Below are positions 50,308 to 61,208 of a DNA stretch of 64,000 nucleotides, piece after piece. Position 1 is the stretch's first letter; each line of letters opens with the position of its first letter. Position numbers and translations under genes: made by a program. The stretch comes from Macrostomum lignano (taxonomy: Eukaryota). The notes under the pieces are model-generated. The model had not been told where the DNA came from. It was given only the letters and a program-made list of their open reading frames with translations, and searched no databases. Where the stretch lies: assembly GCA_002269645.1 (NCBI GenBank), contig NIVC01003816.1:11514-75513 (forward strand), written 5' to 3'.

Positions 50308-51360
50308 CTGAGAATGTAGGAAAGGTTGCGGGTGGCACGTCATCAGAGACTTGAAGGATGGCGCGAAAATGAGGATATAATAGTTATTCTTGATACCGTG
50401 CCTCGGGGGCAAGAGCTCTCCCCGACAGAGCGGCAATGCGTCCGAACCTCGCAAATTTACTATAAGGTTCAGCAATCAGCATGAACTCTGGCTTGGAGCT
50501 TTTGAGATTATTTACGCTCATGCGAACCGATCCTTGAAGCCATGCGCAGTTTAGAGCAGATGTTATACCCTGCATGAGTGTGTTCCTGAGTACATGTATA
50601 TATCCATCAAGGACCACTAGATATACGAGTAGGAGGTAAAACTCAAGATTCTCAATTATTCATTTCTTAATCATTTTGCCACCTTGCAGAGGCACTTATC
50701 AACATCAACCGCATGAGTTGAAGGGAAAATTCACAAGAATGAAAGAGTTGAACAAAACTAACAAAAATTCTGAAGCTGAAGACACGAATGCATTCGATGC
50801 AGTCACGCGATTCATGCTGACCTCAAGCAATTGTTTCTCCTGCCCCGATGCACTTCTTCATTCGAAACTTGTCTGGGTGCCTTCTTCAAACAATGCACTG
50901 GAGACACTCTTATCACAGATTGCATGGGATAGAATGGTAAGAGTCAGCGCCTTAGTTTGTGCTACAGACAGATGGCAGCGAACGTATATTGCGGCGGACA
51001 AGTTCTACTTTAAGTATTTTAATCGTGAAACGCACCAAATTATATAGGGTGCCTTCATTGTACAAGCATTTTTCTTGCACCTCCATATTAGTGGGAAACT
51101 AAATTTCTGCTTCACTTAAAAGAAGACAAAATGTTGAACAATCTGATAAAAAAAGTAAACTTCTGTACTGATGCAACCGATCTGAAGATACAGGCATTTA
51201 AATTATCGACATTCAACTATTTTCCACGATTCGTGAGTGTCATGTCCTTCAAGTAGTCCTTGTTATCCATGTGTGCCCATAGGGTCAGCGTGTAACTATG
51301 GACATTCTTAATGTCTCCTCGATGTCGCTAAAAGTTGTGATAACCACAAAAGCCTCAAAC

Positions 51361-51802
51361 CTGCTCCTGTTGACGCGGTTCCGGATTGGGCTGCTGACTT
51401 GTCGTTGCCAGAGCCAAGTTGTTGCCGAGGCCAGACTCTTGCAGCAGTGCAGGCAGCAGCTCCGGCGCCTCCTGCTGCAGCAGTTGTAAGTTTTCTTTGG
51501 CCTGCTTGTAAGCTTCCACGGCGCGCTGGTTTTTAAAATTCGACAGCTGCGAGTCGCTGCGGTCCGATACGCCTCCTGGCCGCTGCTGCTCCCCTACTGG
51601 CGTCCCATGCGTTGTGGGACTTCTGCACAGACGGGCCTCTTGTAGGCTGTGGGGGCGGCGGCGGTGGCGGCGGCGGCATACGCATTGATTCCTGCATCAT
51701 CCGCTGGTAGAATTTGATGTCCTGATGGATGTTAGCCACCTGGTTTGAGCTATTCAGCTGTTGCTGCTGCTTGCTCAGGAACTCCTGCAGTAGTTTGTTG
51801 CT
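51361..51802 (-). CDS. UBL-UBA protein, Q/P-rich central exon with apparent +1 frameshift
   Basis: TTCCCAG acceptor, CAG|GTTTGA donor; 442 nt (3n+1); coding-like frame switches near GGGG at 51591-51594. Confidence 0.6.
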
Positions 51803-51932
51803 CTGGGAAGAAATTAAGGTAAGATAAGGTAAAAATGTACTTACCAATAAGTAAATCATTCACAAGTTGGCAATGCAAAAGTCTTAATTTAAAAGCCATG
51901 ATTTAAAGGTACTCCTAGACTACAGAGGCACA

Positions 51933-52015
51933 GTAGCTCTGCCGTAAACGTGTCCGATTCAAACGTTACGATCCCTGGTTTGATTCACACCCATAAGGGC
52001 TAATACTGTACACAG
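51933..52015 (+). mobile_element. Short internally deleted SINE-like copy, opposite orientation
   Basis: TAGCTCTGCCGTA (A-box-like) and GGTTTGATTC (B-box-like), then AGGGCT...CTGTACAC tail-like sequence. Confidence 0.4.
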
Positions 52016-52123
52016 GAACGTACGCAAGCATACACAGGTACTGTACTGTGTAAACGTACTGTACACAGGCGTATACAAGCGTCCCAACACTGTAGACCGG
52101 CACGCACTCATACACCGCGCTCT

Positions 52124-52430
52124 CACAGGGTTGTACAGCGGTCCTGACTTTCTAATCGTCAGGCATGTACACTCTCCGTGCCTGGAGATTTCGCGAACCT
52201 CATAGTTGTGAATCGTACGACAAACCTCGGCCAATTTTCATGCAAAAGCTCCAAATGAATGTGGCCGTGCACGAAACAAGGACCACTAGGAACACTTCGT
52301 TATAGAAGGACGTTACACTCTCTATTTGTGTAAAAATAGTTGAAAGCCGAAGTCTAGTAGTTCTTGGCACAGAATCGAACCAGGGGTCCTGGGCGCGAGT
52401 GTCAGACGCGGTTACCGCTGAGCTGCTCTG
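52124..52430 (-). mobile_element. SINE copy of the same family
   Basis: Head AGCTCAGCGGTA...GGTTCGATTC at 52370-52425; tail CTGACTTTCTAATCGTCAGGCATGTACACTCT; ~80-bp interruption. Confidence 0.65.
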
Positions 52431-52485
52431 TCCCCAAACAACTACAAAGAGAATAAGCTAAATAAGCATTCGATAATCGGCAAAC

Positions 52486-52986
52486 CTGCGGCTCGCCAAT
52501 GAGTGCGTCGGAGCCTATCAGGCCAATTGGCGGCGCCTGGCCATGCGGCGCGGGTGTCGGCGGCTTGGGCGACCGCATGCAGGCCAGCAGGTCGCGCGTC
52601 TCTCGCGACTGCAGCTGCAGTCGGGTGTTCTCGGGGCTTTCCAGCATCCGGTGTTGCCAGGAGGCGACCATGTCGACGAATCTGGTGCTGCCGGAGTCCA
52701 GGTCCTCGCGAATGTGGCTGGGCATCAGGTCCAGAACTTCTTCACGAGCTTTGGCCGACTTTTCCGCAGCCTCCGGCGTCTCGGGCTGCTTGGGCGGCGG
52801 CCTGTCGCAGATGGCGTAGATGCGATAGTTGTTGAGGCCCATGCCCGGCTGCGCAGAGGCTGACAGCGCAGGCGACGGCGTCAGGAACTCAGCCAGGGAG
52901 CCGTCCGCGGGAGCGGTCTTGCCGCCGGCGAGGAGCTGGACGCGGCCGGAATCGGTCTCCATCTTCTCGGCAATACGAGCCCTCAG
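52486..52986 (-). CDS. UBL-UBA protein, UBL domain exon
   Basis: LRARIAEKMETDSGRVQLLAGGK ubiquitin-like pattern; 501 nt, phase 0-0. Confidence 0.8.
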
Positions 52987-53226
52987 CTGGCCGAGTTTAG
53001 AACAATTTAGAGTACTTTAGTATTCTTAAGGACAATTAATATGTACTTTTCGACGCAAATGAAGTGTACATGAATGAGACTCTATGTTTTCTGCGTTTTA
53101 TCACATTTTGACCAAAAAAATGTGTGCTTGTGTGGTAAAATCCTGGTTAAAAAGTAACACTAAAAACGGTTATTGATCCTAAAAAAAATTTTAAATGCTT
53201 TAAAAGACCATTTACACTCGCAATTA

Positions 53227-53494
53227 CCATAGACTATAGTAACAGTTAATATTAGAAATTATGTATCAGATTAAACATGCCTTTTGAGGGAGTTATTTGT
53301 ATAAATCACGAGGGCCTGAATTTTTCATAAATCCCTCATAAGGCCCGAGGGATTTATGAAAATAACTCCCGAAAAAGGCATGTGTAATCTCGTATAAACC
53401 ATAGACATAAAGACTTTATGGGATATTATTGAATATTACCAAATAAAATCCCGGAGAATGCAAATATTGTCACGGAAAGTCTTTATTTCTATGG
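53227..53494. mobile_element. Small palindromic element with CCATAGA...TCTATGG termini
   Basis: 7-bp TIR, ATTA on both flanks, nested internal inverted repeats; superfamily unclear. Confidence 0.45.
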
Positions 53495-54052
53495 ATTATA
53501 AGAGAAATTACAGTAGTAGATAATAATGCAATAAATATGGCTAGAATAATAAGAATCAACACATCAGCAATAACTAAAAATTGATTTCCTTACATCTTAC
53601 ATTCTCTTGATGTTTTTGTTTTCAAACTTTTCAAGTAGTGACTTTTTGTCTAGAAAAAAAAGTTATATAGAGGTTGTCTGATGTCCAAGTAAAGTTAAAA
53701 TAGCATTGTTGTAGAAAAAAACAAAGAAAAATGGTTTGTAGAATGAGTAAAATGAATTTCTATTATTAAGCTGCAATAATATTTCTTTAACAAAAATTTA
53801 ACAAAAAAGACCACTCAACTTAACATAGTGGGCACATATATTTCTGAAAAAAATTAAAAAGTTAAAATGCACGAGCCCTTAAATATGCACAGTAGCACCC
53901 TAACAGCTGAAAGATACCCAGGAAAGGATTAAATATTGGTGCTTTCAATTGCAGTAGAAAAAGTGGCACTAGTTGAAATTTAGTAATTAAACTAAATACA
54001 ATAACAGCTCAAAATCACGAAATTTTTGCTTCACTTTTTAAACTTGCATTAC

Positions 54053-54114
54053 CTCGCTTATTGTACTGTCTGGAGCTGCATCAAACTCAAATCTTCCTTT
54101 TGGGGTTCTGATCT
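54053..54114 (-). CDS. UBL-UBA protein (ubiquilin/UBL7-like), UBL start exon
   Basis: IRTPKGRFEFDAAPDSTISE resembles ubiquilin [26 protein letters not shown] donor, phase 0 into LRARIAEK; ATG exon unresolved (about 54300-54600). Confidence 0.7.
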
Positions 54115-54954
54115 CTAGACAAAAAGGAGAGTTGTTTTCTCGCATTTTATTTCAAGGTTCCTTATTGTAAATTTGCGAACTTTTGAGTATTGTGAATTAA
54201 ATTTATGGTCCGTACTGTAATAAGGTACTAAAGGCATAAATTTTAAATTTTACTTCTTTATTTCGGTGACGGGTAAAACAAAATAGCAAGTAGTAAAATT
54301 GAACAAGTGTTGTAAAATTATTGGAAAGTTTTCCACTGCTTATGTAAATTAAATTTTCAAGACGAATTGCCTATATAGTTTGTAAATTCGTCCTATGAAC
54401 GTTCGTAAGGATCGTCTGCTCAACCCGTCAATGAGCTGCCAAATTAACTAAGTTAGGTGATTTTGTTAAGATAACGCGAGAAGTAAGTATCTTTGTAAAT
54501 TAAAAAAATAACATTACTAAAGTTGAGCAGAAACTTACATCGGCCTTAAATGTAACGTGTACACGTACCTGCATAGCATGGTCGACTACTGTTGTACGTC
54601 TCGTCTGGATTCGAACTTGGATGATTTCGTCTTAGATACTACAGTATTATATGTTTTATTAATGATGCATACCTATAGCTTATTTTATTTGAAATGCAAT
54701 AATACTCGTGCTGTATTAATCTGCTCAGCAATATAATCGTATAAAAGCTTTCTACAGACATTCAAAATGATGTGCGTGAAAACTGATGTGTGTGGGCTCA
54801 GTGCCTTATGCACGTGAGCCACCGCAGTAAGTTTATAAAGTAGCTCTGCGGAACAAAATAAGAAAGCCAACTCTCTTATATAGCTCGTGTAGTAAGACGC
54901 TCGGCTATAGAACGTTCTGTAATACAAGTATACGAGTACAAATTAACACTCATT

Positions 54955-56851
54955 TGATGGGTTTCAGCCTTTTCGGCCCCTTTCGGGAAGCCTTTGGGCC
55001 TCAGGTCTCAGAAATAAATAAATTAGAGTCCTGGCCCCCCACTCCTGTCAGATGGTCAGCCCCATGGTAGCTTGATCTTGTGGCGAGCAGTCTAGGTCCT
55101 ATAGCTAAGAGAGGGACAGCGAGAGACAAGCAGGGAGAATTTTGAAGGTAGAGATCAGCTAATCCGCAGATTAACTAACCCGCTGCCACCAGCCTGTGCG
55201 TGCAGGTACAGAGGGGACTTGTTCAGGGGATTCTTGCAGTGGCGAGCCTATGGCGGTAGCTACATGTATACTATTACAAATTTGTACATAGCTAAATACG
55301 AATTATTTGTATTTTCGGCCTTCAACGCGCCAACCAGCCTCTCGTAGCTCTGATGATAGACTAACTCGAACTTCAGAGACCGCGTGATTCCCCACCCGAG
55401 CCGCTGGGCGAATCTAGAGTGCACAGAAGAACATCTCTAGCACCGATTTTGCACTATTGACAATTTCGCTAACTGATTGGATAGATTGATCGACTGAGAA
55501 CCGCCTTGCCATTGGTTCACTGTGACCGGCGCCTACTAGCTTAGCTACTCATTTGAGCCATCGGCGAACAAAAAAAAACAAACCGATAAAAATAACTTTC
55601 AGATTTAACCTTCTCACTGAATAACTTCTCACTTCAGACTGAATTGGAGCAATCAGACTACTAGCAGTATTATTGAATGATTTCTGCCTCAATAACAGCA
55701 CTACCGAACAAAATGAGCAAAAGTGTGCGCCTAATCCAGCTACTGAAATAGGGGACTGATAAGGAATCACCCATTCAAGCAAGTCTAGGTAGCCTCTCAC
55801 CCACTTAACAGCCGAAGACCAGGTAATCCACAGTGACCGAATCGGCTTAGTGCTTCGCAGCTGTAGGCCCGGGATGATTCTGATGTCACAATCTTCGCAG
55901 ATAGCTAGCAGGTGTTGTTCTTAATCTTGATGTTCGCTGCTGACGACCGGGGGGATTCGTCCTTGATGATGATGGGGGGAGTCGCGATCCGGGGATCAAG
56001 AGACGACGGTCGAGCTCTGGGAGGTCTAAGTTAGGCCAAGGTCCCTGGAAACGGAGCAGGGAGTTCCAGAGAGGGCACGAGGGGGTCGGGTCCGAGCGGG
56101 CCAAAAACCCCGGTTTATATAGCCGCCAACTGGACCGCAATTTGTCATAATGGAACACCTCGATTCTGATTGTCTGAGCCGATTTGTTATAACGCACGTC
56201 GAATTTTCTGATTGGCTGAGCTTGTTGCCACCCTAACTCACGTGACCAAGAGATCCTATCAGTTCCCTCAGGGCCATAAAAATACGACAGGTGTAGTCAT
56301 AAATCACTCAAAATTGCTACATAATGATTTATGACCTTTCGCGTAGAAATGACAAAAATTAATGAAAAAATATACATTAGAAAGCTCTTATTAAGTAGAA
56401 AGTGAAGATAATGAAGAGAAATCGTTAATCGCTAATCCCAAAGTACTTTTAGGGGTAAAACGCATAGCTGTCAAAGCTGTCACACGCTTGAGTGAACACG
56501 AACAATAGGCCCTGACCTCATCTTGATGGCCTGTCAAAATGATGAGAAAAAAGCCACCACCCGCATCCTCTCAGACCATCTGGCGCCAGCCTCAGCATTG
56601 AGTGAGGCGCAGGTGGCTGTCAGACCAGCTCAGACGCAATGATTTATGACCCAAAAGCAGCAAAAAACCGCGCCTATGTTATTATAACTACAAGTATGGC
56701 AGATTAATATAGCTACAGAAGTCCTACTAGTATGAATTCTAGAAAAATTGCAAAAGAGGGAGAAAAACGCCCATAGCTTGCTGTTAGTAGGCTAGCAAGT
56801 TTGGAACCCCATGTGCGAGCGTGAAATTTGGAAAAAATTGCGTCCTCATCA
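54955..56851 (-). mobile_element. Solo LTR-like element (~1.9 kb), probably Gypsy-type
   Basis: Termini TGATGGG...CCTCATCA with 4-bp flanking duplication CATT (54951-54954, 56852-56855); second copy at 61209; CCAAT and TATA on the minus strand. Confidence 0.7.
56114..56215 (-). promoter_or_regulatory. LTR core promoter motifs (CCAAT about 90 bp upstream of TATATAAA)
   Basis: Minus-strand CCAAT at 56211-56215 and TATATAAA at 56114-56121; copy 2 has CCAAT at 62523-62527 and TATATGAA at 62468-62475. Confidence 0.45.
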
Positions 56852-57319
56852 CATTTACCAAATCAATATGACTCCGACTCCATAGTGCCACATAACAAAA
56901 ACAAAGAGAAAATTGCAAAGCTTTTTTTGTCTTTGAATTGGAAGTTTTATGCAAAGAATCCGTACCTGTCAGCTGGTAGCGGTGGCAGAGTGAGGTAACG
57001 TCCTGGGTTTGTTACAGAGGCCTTTCTCCGAGGCCAATCGCATGTTCACTATAGAATTACCGGAGACCGCGGGATCTCGCCCGCTGCATGGCTTTGGACT
57101 GAATCAGGGGGGGGGGGCTTTTGGTCATAGACATTCTCAGCGCGGCTTCAACCGTGCTAAGAGAGCACACAACTGCATGTACGGTCTTCAACATTATTTT
57201 TCAAATCTAATATGCTGCATGCATTTGAATGAACTTATGAAAGGATCGAAGTTCAGAAGGTGAGATGTTAATTTGAATGATAATTTTTAATGCGGCATAA
57301 GTTTAGTGTCCATCTACAT

Positions 57320-57728
57320 CAGGGGTCGGCAAAGCCTCTCAATCCGGCCCTCGGGTCCTTCGAAACTTCACAATAGCAATCCGGCCCGCTCAATGTTGGT
57401 GTCTGATCTTCTCAACTCTCTTCTCTTCTGATCTCCTCTCCCTCTCCCTTCACTCGTCTCCCCTGTTTCCATCCTCTCCCTTCTTTCCTCTCTCTTCTCT
57501 CCACTCTCTCCTCATCTCTCCTCTCTTCTCTCCGTTCCTTTCTAATCTTTTCTTCTCTCTCCTCTCCCCTCTTCGATTTAATATTTCCTCTCCTCTCCTC
57601 TCGTCTCCTTTATTCCCGCCCTCCATTCTCCTATCTTCTCTATTTCCTCTCCTTACTTCCCTCTGGCCCGCAGCTATGCCCTAAGTTCTCTATATCTGGC
57701 CCTCGAGATGAAAAGTTGCCAACCCCTG
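57320..57728. mobile_element. hAT MITE of the same family, 409 bp
   Basis: Same TIRs and subterminal sequence as 33525; TSD ATCTACAT/ATTTACAT (7/8); expanded CT-rich interior. Confidence 0.88.
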
Positions 57729-57870
57729 ATTTACATGTACAAGCCCATGATTTTCATGAGCACGAAACAAAAAAACGTGTTAAATTATACTGTTTTTACT
57801 TCCACGACTAGACAAAACTGTGAGCCACCACTCTCGGAGCCCTGAGAATGAAGACACAGACTATAAATGG

Positions 57871-59244
57871 ATGAGGCAGAAATTCGCCTATCAAAATGAG
57901 GGCTACCTCGAACCAGATTCCAGCGCCAGATCGCCTTGGCTAAATGCTGGCAGACCGGAAACGTCGAGACTGAAATGGACGGCGAAGATTGAGAGTTTCT
58001 TCTCCAGCGCGGCCGTCCAATGCGAGCCAGTCAGGCCTGAGAGCGTAGCCCCCCCCCCCTCCCCGCCCGACAGCAAAGGGAGCATAAAGGACGCCTCAAT
58101 GTGTGTCTTAATCAGCACGAAGACGTTCACCATGGAGGCGGAATCGGATTTTGAGCCAAGTATTCTCGAGTTGGCCGCCTGGTGCACCACCCTGTCAGCC
58201 TCTGTGCTCGGCTGTGGCCTCAACGCCTTCTTGCTCCTCGCCACCGTCGGGCAACGTTGCAGGCGCCGAGGCGCCAACGGCGGCCGCACTAACAACGGCC
58301 TGCTGGTTCTGGCGTGTGCGGAGATCGCCCTCAACGTGACTCTGGCGCTGCACCTTCTGCTCACTCAGCTGGGCGGCCCAGCCAGCCTCGAATTGGCCTT
58401 CTACTCGATGCACGTAATCAGAAACTGGTGGCTGCTGGCGCTCACAGCCTGCCGCACAGCCGCCGTGCTGAAGCCATTCAGCAGCGGCAGTGCCGCTGGC
58501 AGATCCGGCGGACTCTGCCGACTCGGCTGCCGATGGCAAATCGTTGCCGTTGTCGTCATTGTGGCCGCCGGCGTCGGCTTCGTGTGCGTCAGCGAAACAA
58601 TCGTCAATTCCAGCTTCTTGACCAGCGGCGACGACGACGGAAGCAACGCCACGGTTCGAGAGTTGTTGCAGCCGGGGATGGTTCGCTTCGCCCTGATGGC
58701 GGCCGCGGGCACCCTGGCTCCCGGATTCTGCATCGTTGCTCTGGGGACTCGCACGGCCCTGGCCCTCCACCGGCAGGCCTTCCATCATCAGAATCTGCAG
58801 CGCAGCTGCCGCATGGTTCTGCTGCTGTCTCTCGGCTTCGCGGTCCTCGAGTTCCCCTTCGTTGGCCTGCAGTTGCTGACCGTTGGCCGCGTACTCGCAG
58901 CCGAAGTAGTCGACCAAGGTCCGCAGATGCTGCTGGCTACTTTGGACCGTCTGGTGTTGCCCGTCGCCTGGAGTTTCGCTTTTGTGCCGGTCAACTCCTG
59001 TCTGAACTTCTGCGTGCTGCTGCTGTGCAGCCGAACTTTCCGAGCCAACGTCTGCTGCTGTGGCAGTCAGGAGGGTGCAGGCGCTGCCGCTGCAACAGCA
59101 GCAGCTGCCGCAGCCACTGCAGCCGCTCGTCCAGTTACCGCCGGCACCGGATTAAGGTGTCTAAATAAAAGGGCAAGTTCGGACACGAATGCAATCGGCG
59201 AGGGTTCTCAGCGATGCCAGGCGACTCTGCTGCCCAGCGCATAG
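57871..59244 (+). CDS. Intronless divergent rhodopsin-class GPCR (orphan, invertebrate peptide-receptor-like)
   Basis: Seven hydrophobic segments; GxxxN in TM1, WxLLALTxCRxxAVxxPF in TM3, NSCLNF...SRTFR in TM7/H8; alternative strong-Kozak ATG (ACCATGG) at 58132. Confidence 0.85.
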   Translation: MRQKFAYQNEGYLEPDSSARSPWLNAGRPETSRLKWTAKIESFFSSAAVQCEPVRPESVAPPPSPPDSKGSIKDASMCVLISTKTFTMEAESDFEPSILELAAWCTTLSASVLGCGLNAFLLLATVGQRCRRRGANGGRTNNGLLVLACAEIALNVTLALHLLLTQLGGPASLELAFYSMHVIRNWWLLALTACRTAAVLKPFSSGSAAGRSGGLCRLGCRWQIVAVVVIVAAGVGFVCVSETIVNSSFLTSGDDDGSNATVRELLQPGMVRFALMAAAGTLAPGFCIVALGTRTALALHRQAFHHQNLQRSCRMVLLLSLGFAVLEFPFVGLQLLTVGRVLAAEVVDQGPQMLLATLDRLVLPVAWSFAFVPVNSCLNFCVLLLCSRTFRANVCCCGSQEGAGAAAATAAAAAATAAARPVTAGTGLRCLNKRASSDTNAIGEGSQRCQATLLPSA

Positions 59245-61208
59245 TAGTGAACTCGGAGGGGAGTTTTCATCCGTGATTTCTCACTGTGCATGTCGTTTTA
59301 CCCCCTTTCATTTCTCTGGTGATAGAAGTTGAGCAGGTCATGCAACCATTCGATTTGAGTCGTATTCGCGCTTGCAAACAGGTTTCCTCTTCAAGTTGAC
59401 TGTTCTCTCACCCAAACTCTGACACTGCCCCTGCAACGACAAACAGTTTAATTGTTCAACTATTGTACTCGTAACGGATTCGTATCCTAAGTATCCATAG
59501 AGCGAGCTTTGACAGACTTTGCTCGCTGTACATGTACAGCATCAAAAACAATCAATATGCTTGCTGTAGTTTGATGAAATTATCTTAAATAAATTTACAT
59601 CAACTGCTAACCATCTACTAATTAGACGCTGTTGAAATTGCATTGCAGGTCAAACCTCAATCCGACGTGTTAATAAACTGAACAAAATATTCTTACATGT
59701 AGATTCATTTATTTTACCACTAAGACAGTTTGCCAGCGGTAAGTAGCAGTCAGCTTGTCTGCACTCAAACTCGCCTGCAAGAACGGCTTGACTTACTTTG
59801 ACTCAGCTGCAGGGGCTCCGGGCATCCGGATACAGCGGGGAGGCGTCGACACCAATTCAGAAAACCCCTGGAGACCACGGGCAGCTGGTGCTGCGGTGTT
59901 GCGCAGGGAGATCCGATCTCCACAGGGGGACCGGAAATCATGAAACAAACCTTATAGTTTTTTATCACATTCGGAGACCCTAAGCTGAGTTGCGATCGCC
60001 CGGGTCGGAGATCGCATAGCACTTTCGGTCCCTATAAGGAGACCCTAAAGCCAAGAAGCCGTAAAGTTTAATACAAGTATACGTAGCCCGGCCGCCTCCG
60101 GAGAGTCCAGAAGGTGGATTGTCGCTCGCCAGGTAGCCCTTCGTAGCGGACGAGCTGGCAGAGATTCTTGGACCTGAAAACATCGGAATGGCCCGGGTTT
60201 AGGCCGAGGTAATTGTGAGCCTGCATGCCCTGAGTAAAGGATCTTTCCCTGGAGTGACAGCTGGCAAAACAGCCATGACTTAAAAGGGCCATAGCCACCG
60301 CCCTGATGTCCCTGGTTGAGTCCAAGCAGGGCCCTGCAGAGGGCGGGGGAAGTACAGGCAGGACTTCACACACAATATAATAACAGAGATTGCTGCTCTG
60401 TCACCTCAATTTGTCCTGAGCCCGTATCACCCTCTTTCACTGAAAGCGAGAACTCCCTTAACTTAATTAACTCTAATATGTGAAATTCTATGGAAAATAC
60501 TTTAATTAATTACTGGTAGCTAATGAAATGGAAGATATGTGAAGATTTATCTCCTCGAGAGATGCCCGCAGGCGAAAACGCCCCTCCCTGGAGATCCCGG
60601 AAGTCACGCGACGAGGCGATGACGCCCGCGGGCCTCCGAGAATTTTCCATCGTCAGTATTAAGATTTCCCTTTGTATTTCGCTATAGGCTTAAGCGAAAA
60701 CCTGCAGGTTGCTTCGCAATTTAGCCAGCTGCTAAGTCGAGAGAACTGCGGGGCAAAACGAGATAAATGAGGACGGATGAGGAGGAAAGAAACGCGAGAG
60801 GTTCTTCATAAAAATTCGCGATTTTTCTTGACTAATATCTTCCTTAACGGATCTCGAGCGGCCTTTGCTACCTAAAACGCCCAGCATGGCGTGCGAGTTT
60901 AGTCAAGACCTGAGTCGGAGCGGATGAAATTCGAATCGATCAAGCAACTTGATTCGGTTGCGTATGAAAACTTTGGTGCGAATCAGTGAGGATGATGCAC
61001 GATATAGCATGCAGCAGTGTGTCTGCACTCTCAAGGTTGACAGTTTATTTTTAGTTTTAGTTTTATAACCTTTATAGATTTTAACTCTTTCTTTCATGAT
61101 ACCCCCAAGCGTATTAAGTCAATACGCTCGTAACTTAAAAAGAACAGCTACTCCCTGCTACTTGCTAATCTATTTTCTGTTTAATTCTATTTTAATCATA
61201 CGAGCGTA

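Noticed and set aside
55200-55560. Possible 28S rRNA fragment in the duplicated element
   Set aside because: No match to conserved LSU motifs that I can recall; sequence is internal to the LTR-like repeat
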